A DNA stretch of 63,830 nucleotides, the filler included. It is 6 parts of 6 records of this genome, joined end to end, with 100 filler letters (N's around TTAATTAATTAA, not from the genome) between each part and the next. Parts side by side here need not be neighbours in the genome. Positions count along the whole stretch, not along the records: positions 1 to 23,736 come from SRR31147125_2654; positions 23,837 to 29,219 come from SRR31147125_2656; positions 29,320 to 36,398 come from SRR31147125_2674; 3 more parts are not named here. The stretch is one strand, 5' to 3'. Each line of letters opens with the position of its first letter. The first letter of the stretch is position 1. A program made the position numbers and the translations under genes. The notes under the pieces are model-generated. The model made no database searches. It was not told the DNA's origin and saw only the letters and a list, made by a program, of their open reading frames with translations. Shown piece by piece: positions 19,874 through 29,707 of this stretch.

Positions 19874-20977
19874 ATGGTAAAAAAATCAAAGAAACGCATT
19901 ATTTGGATTGGAGGGATCGTTGTTATCATCGCAGTTATTGCATTGGTTGCAAAATCTGCTTCACAAAAAAAGTCTGATAATGGGCCCAAAACAATCAAAG
20001 TTGAAAAAGCAAATATCGTCGATAAGGCACTCGCCATTGGTGCTATTGAACCTGTCAATGAAATAGCGGTAAAGTCTAAAGTGTCAGGCGTTGTTGGCAA
20101 GTTGTTTGTAGAGGTTGGTGATTTTGTCAATATGGGAGATCCATTACTGGAAGTGAAACCAGATCCAACACCATTAGAACTGGTACAGGCTAAACGCGGG
20201 GTTGAAATTGTGGGCATCGTATCCGAGAATTTGAGAAAAGAGTTGGAGCGAAAAGAGCAGCTAAAAAGAAAAGGGCTCATCTCTGAACAGGATTATGATT
20301 TTCTTCGAAGAGATTATGAAGAAGCTATAGTGAAGCAAAAGATAGCTGCCGAAGAACTTGAATTGCTGGAAAAAGGACATGTCAAGATAGCAGAAACAAC
20401 GATAGAAGCGGTCATTAAATCGCCGATTACAGGATATATACTGGAAAAGACAGTAAATGTAGGTGATCCGGTTGTACCGTTAACCAGTTATCAGGCTGGC
20501 ACAGAGCTTATGAAAATGGCCAATATGGAATATTTGATTTTCAAGGGTACTGTGGATGAAATTGATGTTGGCAAGATTAATGAGGGTATGAGAGCGGAGC
20601 TGCAAATAGGTGCTTTGCCGGGAAAAAATGTGATCGGCCACGTGACTCTCATTTCTTTAAAAGCCCGAAAAGAAGAGAACACAACTGTCTTTCCGGTTGA
20701 AATTTCTATTGATGAAACTGACGGTGCTGTTTTAAGAGCCGGATTTTCATCTAATGCGAGTGTGATAATCGCACAAAAAGACAGTGTATTAAGTATACCT
20801 GAACGTGTTGTTACATTTCGAAACGATTCGGCCTTTGTGAAACTGCCAATGGGCGAAGAGGAGCCTAAAGAGCAGTACATCGAGACCGGATTGAGCGATG
20901 CGCTTCGGATCGAAGTTTTATCTGGCCTGGAAGAGGGCCAGGAAGTACTGGAAAAAGAAATCAAAGAAATAACATAA
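19874..20977 (+). CDS. MacA/YknX-like efflux periplasmic adaptor subunit
   Basis: N-terminal TM, VKSKVSG, IKSPITG, VDEIDVGKI, IETGLSD. GGAG RBS before the ATG at 19874. Confidence 0.9.
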   Translation: MVKKSKKRIIWIGGIVVIIAVIALVAKSASQKKSDNGPKTIKVEKANIVDKALAIGAIEPVNEIAVKSKVSGVVGKLFVEVGDFVNMGDPLLEVKPDPTPLELVQAKRGVEIVGIVSENLRKELERKEQLKRKGLISEQDYDFLRRDYEEAIVKQKIAAEELELLEKGHVKIAETTIEAVIKSPITGYILEKTVNVGDPVVPLTSYQAGTELMKMANMEYLIFKGTVDEIDVGKINEGMRAELQIGALPGKNVIGHVTLISLKARKEENTTVFPVEISIDETDGAVLRAGFSSNASVIIAQKDSVLSIPERVVTFRNDSAFVKLPMGEEEPKEQYIETGLSDALRIEVLSGLEEGQEVLEKEIKEIT

Positions 20978-21077
20978 ATCCAAACTGATATAAAAGATTA
21001 TTCGTCTGAATTTTTCTATATCGTATCAGCGAAATAAAACAACCGGAAAACAATTGTTTATTTAAACAGGTAAGAAA

Positions 21078-22316
21078 ATGGGCCACCTTTTAGACATAAC
21101 GAAAGAAGTGTTTCACTATCTTCGGCAATATAAAGGCCGTACATTTATGACCATGTTTGGCATTATATGGGGTACAATGACCGTTATCCTTTTACTGGCA
21201 TTTGGTGTTGGTGTAAAACGATCGATGAGTAAGAACATGCACGGCATGGGTGAAGGTATTGCCATAATGTGGCCCGGAAAAACGAGTATTCCCTTTGAAG
21301 GATTTGGTAAGGAGAGAAATATACGTTTTCGGGAGGCAGATGCTGAAGTTATTCGACGTGAAGTCAGTGGGATTTCAGCCATAAGTCCGGAATATCAAAG
21401 ATGGGGTACACCGGTACGAGTCGGGGATAAAGTTAACAAACCCAATATCTCGGGTATTATTCCTGAATATGGCCCTATGCGTAACATTTTACCGCAGGAA
21501 GGTGGTCGGTGGTTAAACGACCTGGATCTGGAGTGCCGAAAAAGAGTTGTGTTTTTAGGCAACGAGCTCAAAGACTATTTATTTGGTAAGGAATCGAATG
21601 CCATTGGAAAATATGTGATGATAGGTGATTCTCCCTTTCTTGTCGTAGGCGTTTTACGAAAAAAGATACAGCCTTCATCTTATAGTTCGCGGGATCAGGA
21701 TCGCGCCTTTATTCCGGCGTCAACATTTTATTCCATATTTGGCCACAAGTACATAGAAAATATCGTATACAGGCATAAAGATCCCCGTTTGGCTGAAGAA
21801 AACAAACAGCGTATTTATGAGGTAATGGGAAAAAAATATAAATTTGATCCAAAGGATGAGCAGGCTCTGGGAATTTGGGATACCTCGGAGATGGACAAAT
21901 TTATTTTCTACTTTTCACTGGGATTCAACATCTTTATGGGTCTTATTGGTGTCATCACTTTGATTGTTGGAGGAATTGGTCTTGCCAACATTATGTATGT
22001 GGTGGTTCAGGAGCGTACCAGAGAGATCGGGATCAGAAGGTCTGTGGGAGCTAAATCAAAACATATTATGGGACAATTTATTTTTGAAGCTTTTATAATT
22101 ATTGGTCTGAGCGCGGCAATGGGATTTGTTTTGGCACTGATACTGATAAAATTGATATCCATGTTACCCATTGAAGATTATGTTGGCCATCCTGTTCTCT
22201 CATTACCGGTTGCGTTTATAGCTATATTTGTACTAAGTATCATCGGTTTCCTGGCTGGTTTTTTCCCGGCACGAAAAGCGGCGAGATTAGAAGTGGTTGA
22301 TTGTTTACGATATTAA
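21078..22316 (+). CDS. MacB/FtsX-like ABC permease
   Basis: GIIWG, VGGIGLANIMYVVVQERTREIGIR, GFFPARKAA. Confidence 0.92.
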   Translation: MGHLLDITKEVFHYLRQYKGRTFMTMFGIIWGTMTVILLLAFGVGVKRSMSKNMHGMGEGIAIMWPGKTSIPFEGFGKERNIRFREADAEVIRREVSGISAISPEYQRWGTPVRVGDKVNKPNISGIIPEYGPMRNILPQEGGRWLNDLDLECRKRVVFLGNELKDYLFGKESNAIGKYVMIGDSPFLVVGVLRKKIQPSSYSSRDQDRAFIPASTFYSIFGHKYIENIVYRHKDPRLAEENKQRIYEVMGKKYKFDPKDEQALGIWDTSEMDKFIFYFSLGFNIFMGLIGVITLIVGGIGLANIMYVVVQERTREIGIRRSVGAKSKHIMGQFIFEAFIIIGLSAAMGFVLALILIKLISMLPIEDYVGHPVLSLPVAFIAIFVLSIIGFLAGFFPARKAARLEVVDCLRY

Positions 22317-22385
22317 ATGATTCATTTTGTTTTCAGTAACTAAATCGCACACAATGTTGTATTTTTGATACATGGGATTCTGTTT

Positions 22386-23630
22386 ATGCATTTGATTATG
22401 CTGATAAAAGAGTTTTTACAGGACATTAAAACACAAAAAACACGAGCGTTTCTTACGACCATTGCTATTACATGGGGAACACTTGCGGTTATATTATTGA
22501 TGTCCTTTGGTGCCGGACTTTCATTCAGGATGAAGGAGGGCATGCTGAATGCCGGTAATTATATTATAAGAATTTATGGTGGCCAGACAAGTCTGAAATA
22601 TAAGGGCTTACCCGTTGGCCGACGAATACGAATGACAGAAGAAGATGCGGCGTTGCTTGCAAACAGCATACCCATGCTCGATGGTGTCAGCCCGATGATG
22701 GGTAAACATGTTCGGTTACGGGTTGGCGAAAAAAGCGCGTCCACCTATATGGAAGGGGTTTATCCATCGTTTGAATTTCTTCGTCGCATGTACCCGGCTG
22801 CCGGAGGCCGGTTTTTAGATGTAAAGGATCTTGACGGACGAAAGCGGGTTGTCTTTTTAGGCTCCGTCATTGCCGGGGAATTATTTGGTAAAGAAAATCC
22901 TGTAGGTAAAATACTCACACTTGATGGCGTTCCTTTTACTGTTGTAGGGATTATGCCCAAAAAGCTGCAGACATCCATGAATAATGGGCCGGATGATCGT
23001 CGGGCCATAATACCGTTTTCCACATTTAAGAGTATATATGGGTGGCGTCATTTAAGAGAATTGATCGTAAAGCCGGCACGCAATGAAGATGGTGCGATGG
23101 TTGTGCAGGAAGTAAGACGCATTCTTGGTAAAAAATACCGATTTGATCCCGCAGATAAGCGGGCTTTACCTATGTGGGATTTTATTGAACAGGAAAAATC
23201 GAGTTCCAAAGTTTTTCTCGGTATTACAATTTTTCTTGCTGTAATCGGTGCTATGACACTTATTATTGCCGGTGTTGGTGTGGCAAATATTATGTATGTG
23301 GTTGCCAAGGAACGGACTCGGGAAATTGGTATTAAAAGAGCGGTTGGTGCGCGAAAAAGTCACATTATATTTCAGTTTATTTTCGAATCGCTGCTAATTT
23401 CGTTAATAGGTGGAGGATTAGGATTGTTAATTGCACTCGGAGTCATAAAGTTTGTCTGGATGCTTCCTGTGCAGGAAGGTGCCATGGAGTTTCTACTCCG
23501 ACCGATTATGTCCAATGCGGTTGTTGTTGTATCTGTTGTCATTCTGACCCTCATTGGATTGCTGGCCGGATTTTTTCCTGCCAGAAAGGCTGCCAATGTC
23601 GATCCGGTTGAAGCGCTGAGATATGAATAA
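22386..23630 (+). CDS. MacB/FtsX-like ABC permease (paralog)
   Basis: AGVGVANIMYVVAKERTREIGIK and PARKAANVDPVEALRYE. Confidence 0.92.
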   Translation: MHLIMLIKEFLQDIKTQKTRAFLTTIAITWGTLAVILLMSFGAGLSFRMKEGMLNAGNYIIRIYGGQTSLKYKGLPVGRRIRMTEEDAALLANSIPMLDGVSPMMGKHVRLRVGEKSASTYMEGVYPSFEFLRRMYPAAGGRFLDVKDLDGRKRVVFLGSVIAGELFGKENPVGKILTLDGVPFTVVGIMPKKLQTSMNNGPDDRRAIIPFSTFKSIYGWRHLRELIVKPARNEDGAMVVQEVRRILGKKYRFDPADKRALPMWDFIEQEKSSSKVFLGITIFLAVIGAMTLIIAGVGVANIMYVVAKERTREIGIKRAVGARKSHIIFQFIFESLLISLIGGGLGLLIALGVIKFVWMLPVQEGAMEFLLRPIMSNAVVVVSVVILTLIGLLAGFFPARKAANVDPVEALRYE

Positions 23631-23647
23631 AATGCATAATTTTTTAC

Positions 23648-23676
23648 TTGAATATGAAATAAAAATGCGTTATATT
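23648..23676 (+). promoter_or_regulatory. Sigma70 promoter of the tRNA
   Basis: TTGAAT-N17-TATATT. Confidence 0.6.
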
Positions 23677-23699
23677 GTTGCCGCTTAAAAAACTGGCAG

Positions 23700-23736
<37 letters not shown>

Positions 23737-23836
23737 NNNNNNNNNNNNNNNNNNNNNNNNNNNNNNNNNNNNNNNNNNNNTTAATTAATTAANNNNNNNN
23801 NNNNNNNNNNNNNNNNNNNNNNNNNNNNNNNNNNNN
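23737..23836. other. Artificial contig-joining spacer
   Basis: N44-TTAATTAATTAA-N44 (stops in all frames). Confidence 0.98.
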
Positions 23837-23871
23837 AAAATGAATGATAATTTCAATTTTGAAAAAACTTT

Positions 23872-25137
23872 ATGAATAATTTATTATCAAGTATCCGCAT
23901 AACCAGCAAGTTTCCTACATTTCTATTCTTTATAGGGATTATTCTATGCTTGCCGAACATCCATACATCTGCCCAGGAAAACGATTCAACTTTAAACAAG
24001 TACATAGAAACCGGACTTATTTCAGTGGCTGACAAAGACGGGATGTCGTGGCAAACAAAAGCCGGTGATTTCTTATTTAAACCTTATACCCTTATTCAGA
24101 CAAGGGGTATTTTCAATTATTATGATGATGAAGGTTTAAATCTTGCAGAGCAGGATAACATATTAAATTCCGGATTTGCCATTCCTTATGCATTGATTGG
24201 TTTTGCGGGAAAAGCATTTAATAAAATCACATTTAATGTTGCGTTAAACCCTGCATCATCAAGTGCTATGTTGAACCAGGCCTGGTTTGACATAAACACA
24301 AGCGATGCTCTGCGATTTCGTGTTGGAAAATTTAAAACACCATTTAACCAGGCTTTTTTGGTAAGAAACGGCCAAACACTTTTTCCGATTTTACCATCAT
24401 CGCTCGTAACACGTGTTAACCTCCCATTTAGTTTAAACTCAGTAAACCCTGTTTTATCAACAGGATTTGATATAGGTATTCAAATGCATGGTTTGCTTCA
24501 AAATAAATTAGCATATCAGTTGGGAGTATTTAATGGAACAGGTATCTCTGTTAACACAGCAACAAACAGCATCAGTGACGAAAACGGGCTGCCTTCCCTA
24601 CTCTATTCGGGTCGCCTGGCATTTATGCCTTTTGGTAATATGCCACAATACCAGGGAAATCCGGACATAACCGATAAAACATACCTGTTAATTGGTGTGT
24701 CGGGTTCTTATAATGTGGAAGCAAATTACGAAAGTAGCAACGATACCCGAGCCGGATTTGAGTTTGCACTACTGCATAGAAAATGGTATATCACTGCCGA
24801 GGCATATACGTTAAGTATGGATTTTGTTGAACGCCAACAACAATCCCCTGTCTACACCTTCTGGGGAAGCTACGGACAGGTGGGGTATTTTATCAATCAA
24901 TCGTTACAACCTGCAATACGTTGTGATATTTTAGATCGGAACTCGATTGATGAAGACGGTATACTGGTTATGCCTGCATTGGGATTAAATTATTACCTGG
25001 CAGGGCACAATCTCAAGCTCCAGGCTTTTTACCAGTTTTTAGAGAAAGTTGGCCACGAAAGCATAACCGAAGCCAATGACGATGATAATGGCATGCCCGA
25101 GCAGCAAGTATGCCTTCAACTTCAGTTTGCATTTTAA
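23872..25137 (+). CDS. Outer-membrane porin (OprO/OprP-like)
   Basis: Signal peptide; RVGKFKTPF, FDIGIQMHG, YQLGVFNGTG, GLNYYLAGHNLKLQ; terminal Phe. Confidence 0.75.
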   Translation: MNNLLSSIRITSKFPTFLFFIGIILCLPNIHTSAQENDSTLNKYIETGLISVADKDGMSWQTKAGDFLFKPYTLIQTRGIFNYYDDEGLNLAEQDNILNSGFAIPYALIGFAGKAFNKITFNVALNPASSSAMLNQAWFDINTSDALRFRVGKFKTPFNQAFLVRNGQTLFPILPSSLVTRVNLPFSLNSVNPVLSTGFDIGIQMHGLLQNKLAYQLGVFNGTGISVNTATNSISDENGLPSLLYSGRLAFMPFGNMPQYQGNPDITDKTYLLIGVSGSYNVEANYESSNDTRAGFEFALLHRKWYITAEAYTLSMDFVERQQQSPVYTFWGSYGQVGYFINQSLQPAIRCDILDRNSIDEDGILVMPALGLNYYLAGHNLKLQAFYQFLEKVGHESITEANDDDNGMPEQQVCLQLQFAF

Positions 25138-25140
25138 TTG

Positions 25141-25261
25141 GTGTCTGCAAGAAAACTCCAATTGCTGCGTTATGCTTGTCCGAAAACTGGTCATTTACGA
25201 AGAGTAAACTCCCATTTTTCAGCCTTCGCAAGCCTTGCACTTGAAGCCTTCTTGCAGACAC
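25141..25261. repeat. 121-bp palindromic MITE-like element
   Basis: 13-bp perfect terminal IR GTGTCTGCAAGAA/TTCTTGCAGACAC with nested internal imperfect IRs. Confidence 0.7.
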
Positions 25262-25418
25262 TTCCGACAAAGGTGACTTTTCGGGCAGGCACAAATTAGT
25301 GGGAAGGAAGTATTGGGAGTTTAGAGTGACTAAAGTAATGAAGAAGTTAGGATTTAGGAGTTCTCCTAAAAAAGACAGTAAAATGAGGGATTCAAGATTT
25401 GGTATAAAAATAATATCT

Positions 25419-26099
25419 ATGATTATTAAGGATTGTTTTATCCTTTTGGTCGTATTGGCATCTGGTTGTACCCATGAGTACATTCCCGAAGTGGAGGAAA
25501 CCTGGCGAATTGATACTGAATTGAGTTTTCTTGATCCGGAATTCTGGCCAGAGGGGCAGCAAATGCGCCTGGGGATATTCGAAAGCGAAAATACAAAAGA
25601 AACTATTGCCAGCACAGTTGTAAACCAACCACAGGAAAATACAACAAACATTTCGTTAAATGAAATTCCCGAAGGAACGTATTATTTACAATTGTATTTA
25701 ACCGAACAAGGGATTTATAAGGCTCCTATTATTGAATTGGGAAGAATATCAGTTAATTCAGATATAAACAAACAAATTGAGGATATAGTATTACTCACCT
25801 ACTCTCGGGTACAAACCCAGGTATTTAATAAATGTCAGTTGTGCCACGGAGGTTCTTCGGGTGAAATTGCAGCAAATCTCAACCTGACTGAAACAAAGAG
25901 TTATGAATCCCTTGTAAACATATCGTCTGAGAAAAAACCTGCTATGGTTAGGGTATTGCCAGGGTATCCCCTTCAAAGTTACCTGGTAAATGTATTGGAC
26001 AAAGACATCGATTTCGACCATGCTGCAAGCAGTTCTGCAACAGAGGCCGACAAACAATTAGTAATGGATTGGATTAATGAGGGGGCAAAAAATAATTAA
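25419..26099 (+). CDS. Lipoprotein with N-terminal beta-rich domain and monoheme cytochrome c domain
   Basis: Lipobox LASGC, CQLCH at 25833-25847, C-terminal WINEGAKNN. Confidence 0.7.
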   Translation: MIIKDCFILLVVLASGCTHEYIPEVEETWRIDTELSFLDPEFWPEGQQMRLGIFESENTKETIASTVVNQPQENTTNISLNEIPEGTYYLQLYLTEQGIYKAPIIELGRISVNSDINKQIEDIVLLTYSRVQTQVFNKCQLCHGGSSGEIAANLNLTETKSYESLVNISSEKKPAMVRVLPGYPLQSYLVNVLDKDIDFDHAASSSATEADKQLVMDWINEGAKNN

Positions 26100-26100
26100 T

Positions 26101-26520
26101 ATGCAAGACTGGTTATTAAAATATAAGGCTCTAAAAGTAAACCGGGAATGTTTTAAACAGAAATTAAAACTATTTTCAATATATCTCATCATCATTCTTA
26201 GCACAAATGCATGTTACTACGACATCATAATTGAAGAGGAAATTAGTGTTACAGACGACATAAGCTTTAGCACAGATATTACCCCGATTTTTCAGGCATC
26301 ATGCACTTCTTGTCACGATGGAACAGTTGCTTATCCTGATTTAAGAAAAACCCATGCATATTCTTCTCTCAAAACAGGGAACTATATTTCCACTTCATCA
26401 CCTGGTGAAAGTGTATTGATATCTAAAATTAACAGTGGCCATCCTTATGAAAATGCATTGGCCAATAGCGAAATAGAAAAATTGATCCTTTGGATGCAGG
26501 AAGGGGCTTTGGATAACTAA
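26101..26520 (+). CDS. Small monoheme c-type cytochrome lipoprotein
   Basis: Probable lipobox TNAC, ISFSTDITPIFQASCTSCH, WMQEGALDN. Confidence 0.75.
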   Translation: MQDWLLKYKALKVNRECFKQKLKLFSIYLIIILSTNACYYDIIIEEEISVTDDISFSTDITPIFQASCTSCHDGTVAYPDLRKTHAYSSLKTGNYISTSSPGESVLISKINSGHPYENALANSEIEKLILWMQEGALDN

Positions 26521-26533
26521 TGAGTGATACGGT

Positions 26534-27382
26534 ATGAAAATTATTCTTTTTTCGGTGATTTTATTTATTGGCACAAACTTGTTTGCACAGGAAAAAAGCA
26601 AGGGCGTGGAGCATATTTGGGAAAGCCGGTTATGCAACCACTATACAGCAACCATGCAACAAAAAGGGCAAACATCCATTTATGTAATTCATTATTTTTC
26701 TACCATCACGGAAAATGGTTTCGATGATTTATTTGGAATTTTTGGCTCAACAAACGTACAACTGGGTGCAGAATATGGAATATCAAACAATTTTACCGCC
26801 CGGTATTCAACTGAAAAATTAACGAAGTCGCAGGAGCTTGGGATTCGATACAGAATTGTTCAGGAAAATAAAACCGATGCAACTCCGGTTAGTGTTGCAT
26901 TAGATTTTTCTGTTTCACTTGATAGCCGCGATGAAAAATATTTTGGAGAGAATTTTTATTTTGTCAATCGCTTTTTTTATACGACACAAATCATCGTATC
27001 AAAACAGATAGGTTACCGTTCTTCTGCCATGATAAACGGAACCATAGCCCACTTTAACATCGTGCCGGATGATTCATACTCAACATTCTTTTCTGTAAAC
27101 CCATCTTTTGCATTCAAGACAACACGTAAAATGGCAGTCTTTTGTTCGCTGGATCTACCTTTAGGAATAGCTTCTGCGGCAACAGTATCACCTCGAAAAG
27201 CCAATTCGCTTTTTACAGCAGGCACCATATTTAGAACCCCGACGCATAATTTTCAGCTATTTATCAGCAATGGGAATTATATAAACCCGGCAAAAGAATA
27301 TTTAAATAACCATTCAGGCATCTCTTTAAAATCCATGCGTTTTGGATTTAATATACATGTTAAACTTGGTTTAAGGAAGTAG
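26534..27382 (+). CDS. DUF5777-like outer-membrane beta-barrel protein
   Basis: Signal peptide; IHYF..NGFDDLFGI, EYGIS, THNFQLFISN and RFGFNI resemble DUF5777. Confidence 0.65.
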   Translation: MKIILFSVILFIGTNLFAQEKSKGVEHIWESRLCNHYTATMQQKGQTSIYVIHYFSTITENGFDDLFGIFGSTNVQLGAEYGISNNFTARYSTEKLTKSQELGIRYRIVQENKTDATPVSVALDFSVSLDSRDEKYFGENFYFVNRFFYTTQIIVSKQIGYRSSAMINGTIAHFNIVPDDSYSTFFSVNPSFAFKTTRKMAVFCSLDLPLGIASAATVSPRKANSLFTAGTIFRTPTHNFQLFISNGNYINPAKEYLNNHSGISLKSMRFGFNIHVKLGLRK

Positions 27383-27384
27383 AT

Positions 27385-28326
27385 ATGATAAAGAATCTAG
27401 ACTTGGTAAAAAATATAGTAAAACCCGGAAAGATATTTTTATTCTCATTTGTAATATTGATTCTGGCTATACAATGGAGTGGTTTTATAAATCCGAACCA
27501 GGCAAATATTACACGACACAACATACTAATAGATTCTGTAAATGCTGACTTGTTCCAGGTAAACGACGAGCAGGGATTTCCCCTCTACTACTATCGGGAA
27601 ATTGAACAATACCCATGCGATGACAACGTATGCTACATCATGGAATTAAAAATATACTGGGATATTTGGGGGAATTTTCTGAGAATAGAAACAGAGAAAG
27701 GCAAAGATCTAACAAAAATTGGCCATCAAGCTTTCTCAGAAAAAGACTACAAACGGCTTCACAAGCAGCTTAACAACCCAAAATCAGGAATTCAATATTA
27801 TAAACTAAAAGATTTAACCGAAGAAGAATCCGAGGATGAATATTATTCACTCGACGCTATCTCAGGGGCAACCATAAATGCTGAAAACATAACGTATGAA
27901 TCAGTAAAAGGTGCGGTAAAAACTTGTTTCACGTTATGGCATATTGTCCACGGTGAAACCACAGAAATAATTAAATCAAAAACAAAAGAGTTATTAAGCA
28001 GAACAGATACAACATTAAATATTGACCAAGAAAATAAAAGCCAAATTATTCAGGATATGCGAACTCTTGCAAACACAAATTACAACCCTGACATTAGTTT
28101 TATCGAACACTCGATACAAGACATCGACGAACAAAACCTAAGATATACTTTTTGTTTATTGGAAATCATGCGCAGGAATGAGTATATTAAAACAAAACAG
28201 TTGGATTTACTTTCTGAAAAAATAACAAATAACCATTCTTATTCTGAAATAGCTATTTACAATTACCTAACGCAAAGGGGATATAATAAAAAGATAGTTA
28301 GAAACTATTCGTTGTATGGTGAATAA
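27385..28326 (+). CDS. Exported hypothetical protein with a putative FMN-attachment motif
   Basis: N-terminal hydrophobic segment, CDDNVC, and DAISGAT at 27853-27873. Confidence 0.55.
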   Translation: MIKNLDLVKNIVKPGKIFLFSFVILILAIQWSGFINPNQANITRHNILIDSVNADLFQVNDEQGFPLYYYREIEQYPCDDNVCYIMELKIYWDIWGNFLRIETEKGKDLTKIGHQAFSEKDYKRLHKQLNNPKSGIQYYKLKDLTEEESEDEYYSLDAISGATINAENITYESVKGAVKTCFTLWHIVHGETTEIIKSKTKELLSRTDTTLNIDQENKSQIIQDMRTLANTNYNPDISFIEHSIQDIDEQNLRYTFCLLEIMRRNEYIKTKQLDLLSEKITNNHSYSEIAIYNYLTQRGYNKKIVRNYSLYGE

Positions 28327-28415
28327 TTTCTAACTAAAATATTAAACAAATATTATTTGAAATGAAATTTTGCAATTTGTACAGAGGAAAATTTCGAACA
28401 ACTATTTCGCTAACA

Positions 28416-29219
28416 TTACGGCAAGTTAGGAAACTGCCCGTAATCCGGTGGTCGTTTCTCCAAAAATGCATTTTTGCCTTCCTGGGCTTCGTCGGTCATA
28501 TAATAAAGCATTGTTGCATTACCCGCTAATTCCTGTATACCGATTTGTCCGTCTAATTCTGCGTTCAACCCAACTTTGATCATACGCAATGCAATTGGAC
28601 TGTGCCTCATCATTTTTCTGCACCATTCAACTGTTGTTTCCTCTAACTTATCAAAAGGCACAACCGTATTTATAAGTCCCATTTCCAGGGCTTCTTTGGC
28701 TGAGTATTGTTCGCATAAAAACCATATCTCCCGTGCCTTTTTTGTCCAACAACACGTGCCAGGTATGATGAACCAAGACCAGCATCAAAACTACCTACCT
28801 TTGGCCCAACCTGACCAAAAATGGCATTTTCTGAAGCAATGCTTATATCACAAACTACATGGAGAACGTGTCCTCCTCCAATTGAGTAACCATTAACCAT
28901 AGCAACAACAGGTTTTGGGAGTGAACGGATTTGCTTTTGAACATCTAAAATATTTAATCTTGGCACTCCATCTTTTCCGATATATCCTGCCCTTGATTTT
29001 ACATTCTGATCACCGCCACTACAAAATGCTTTGTCGCCGGCACCTGTTAGAATAACTGTTCTCACTCGCTGATCTTCGCGGCAAATCAAAAATGCTTCGG
29101 ATAATTCTTTTGTTGTGTCAGGTGTAAATGCATTTCTATATCTTGGTCTGTTGATGGTAATTTTTGCAATACCGTCGTAATACTCAAATAAAATATCTTC
29201 AAACTCTTTGATGGTTTCC
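28416..29219 (-). CDS. menB: 1,4-dihydroxy-2-naphthoyl-CoA synthase; 5'-truncated and frameshifted at 28738-28743
   Basis: [48 protein letters not shown]. One added A restores GQKKAREIW. Confidence 0.93.
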
Positions 29220-29319
29220 NNNNNNNNNNNNNNNNNNNNNNNNNNNNNNNNNNNNNNNNNNNNTTAATTAATTAANNNNNNNNNNNNNNNNNNNNNNNNN
29301 NNNNNNNNNNNNNNNNNNN
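29220..29319. other. Artificial contig-joining spacer
   Basis: N44-TTAATTAATTAA-N44. Confidence 0.98.
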
Positions 29320-29707
29320 CTTTTTCTGAGTAAAGTACCTAATCATTAATAATTATATATTTATTGAATTTTATTACACTTTTATCGTGTTCGAAAATAG
29401 ATAGGAATAATTCCAGTGCTGGAATAGGGTTTTAATATCCTCCAAAAAGCTGATAAGAAACCCATGGAGTAGAAAAATGTCATCTGTCATCCTAGGTAAC
29501 CTGGAAAGGAAAAGTGGAAACTGTTTTTTATAAAATATACAATAGATCAAAAAAAGAGAAAGACGTCCCTAGAGTGTTTTTTTTAGAGAAATAATTAATT
29601 GAATATCCTGAAAAGATGGGAACGGATGTAAATTAATCAATTTATTCTCCCCGAGTACACTTGATTTTCAAATAAATAATTTTCACTCTTTATACAAGGA
29701 GTAGAAT

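Noticed and set aside
25013-25651. 212-aa antisense ORF, and the 5' extension of ORF 25299
   Set aside because: They overlap the porin, the palindromic repeat and the cytochrome gene, with no recognisable motifs. The lipoprotein signal fits a start at 25419.
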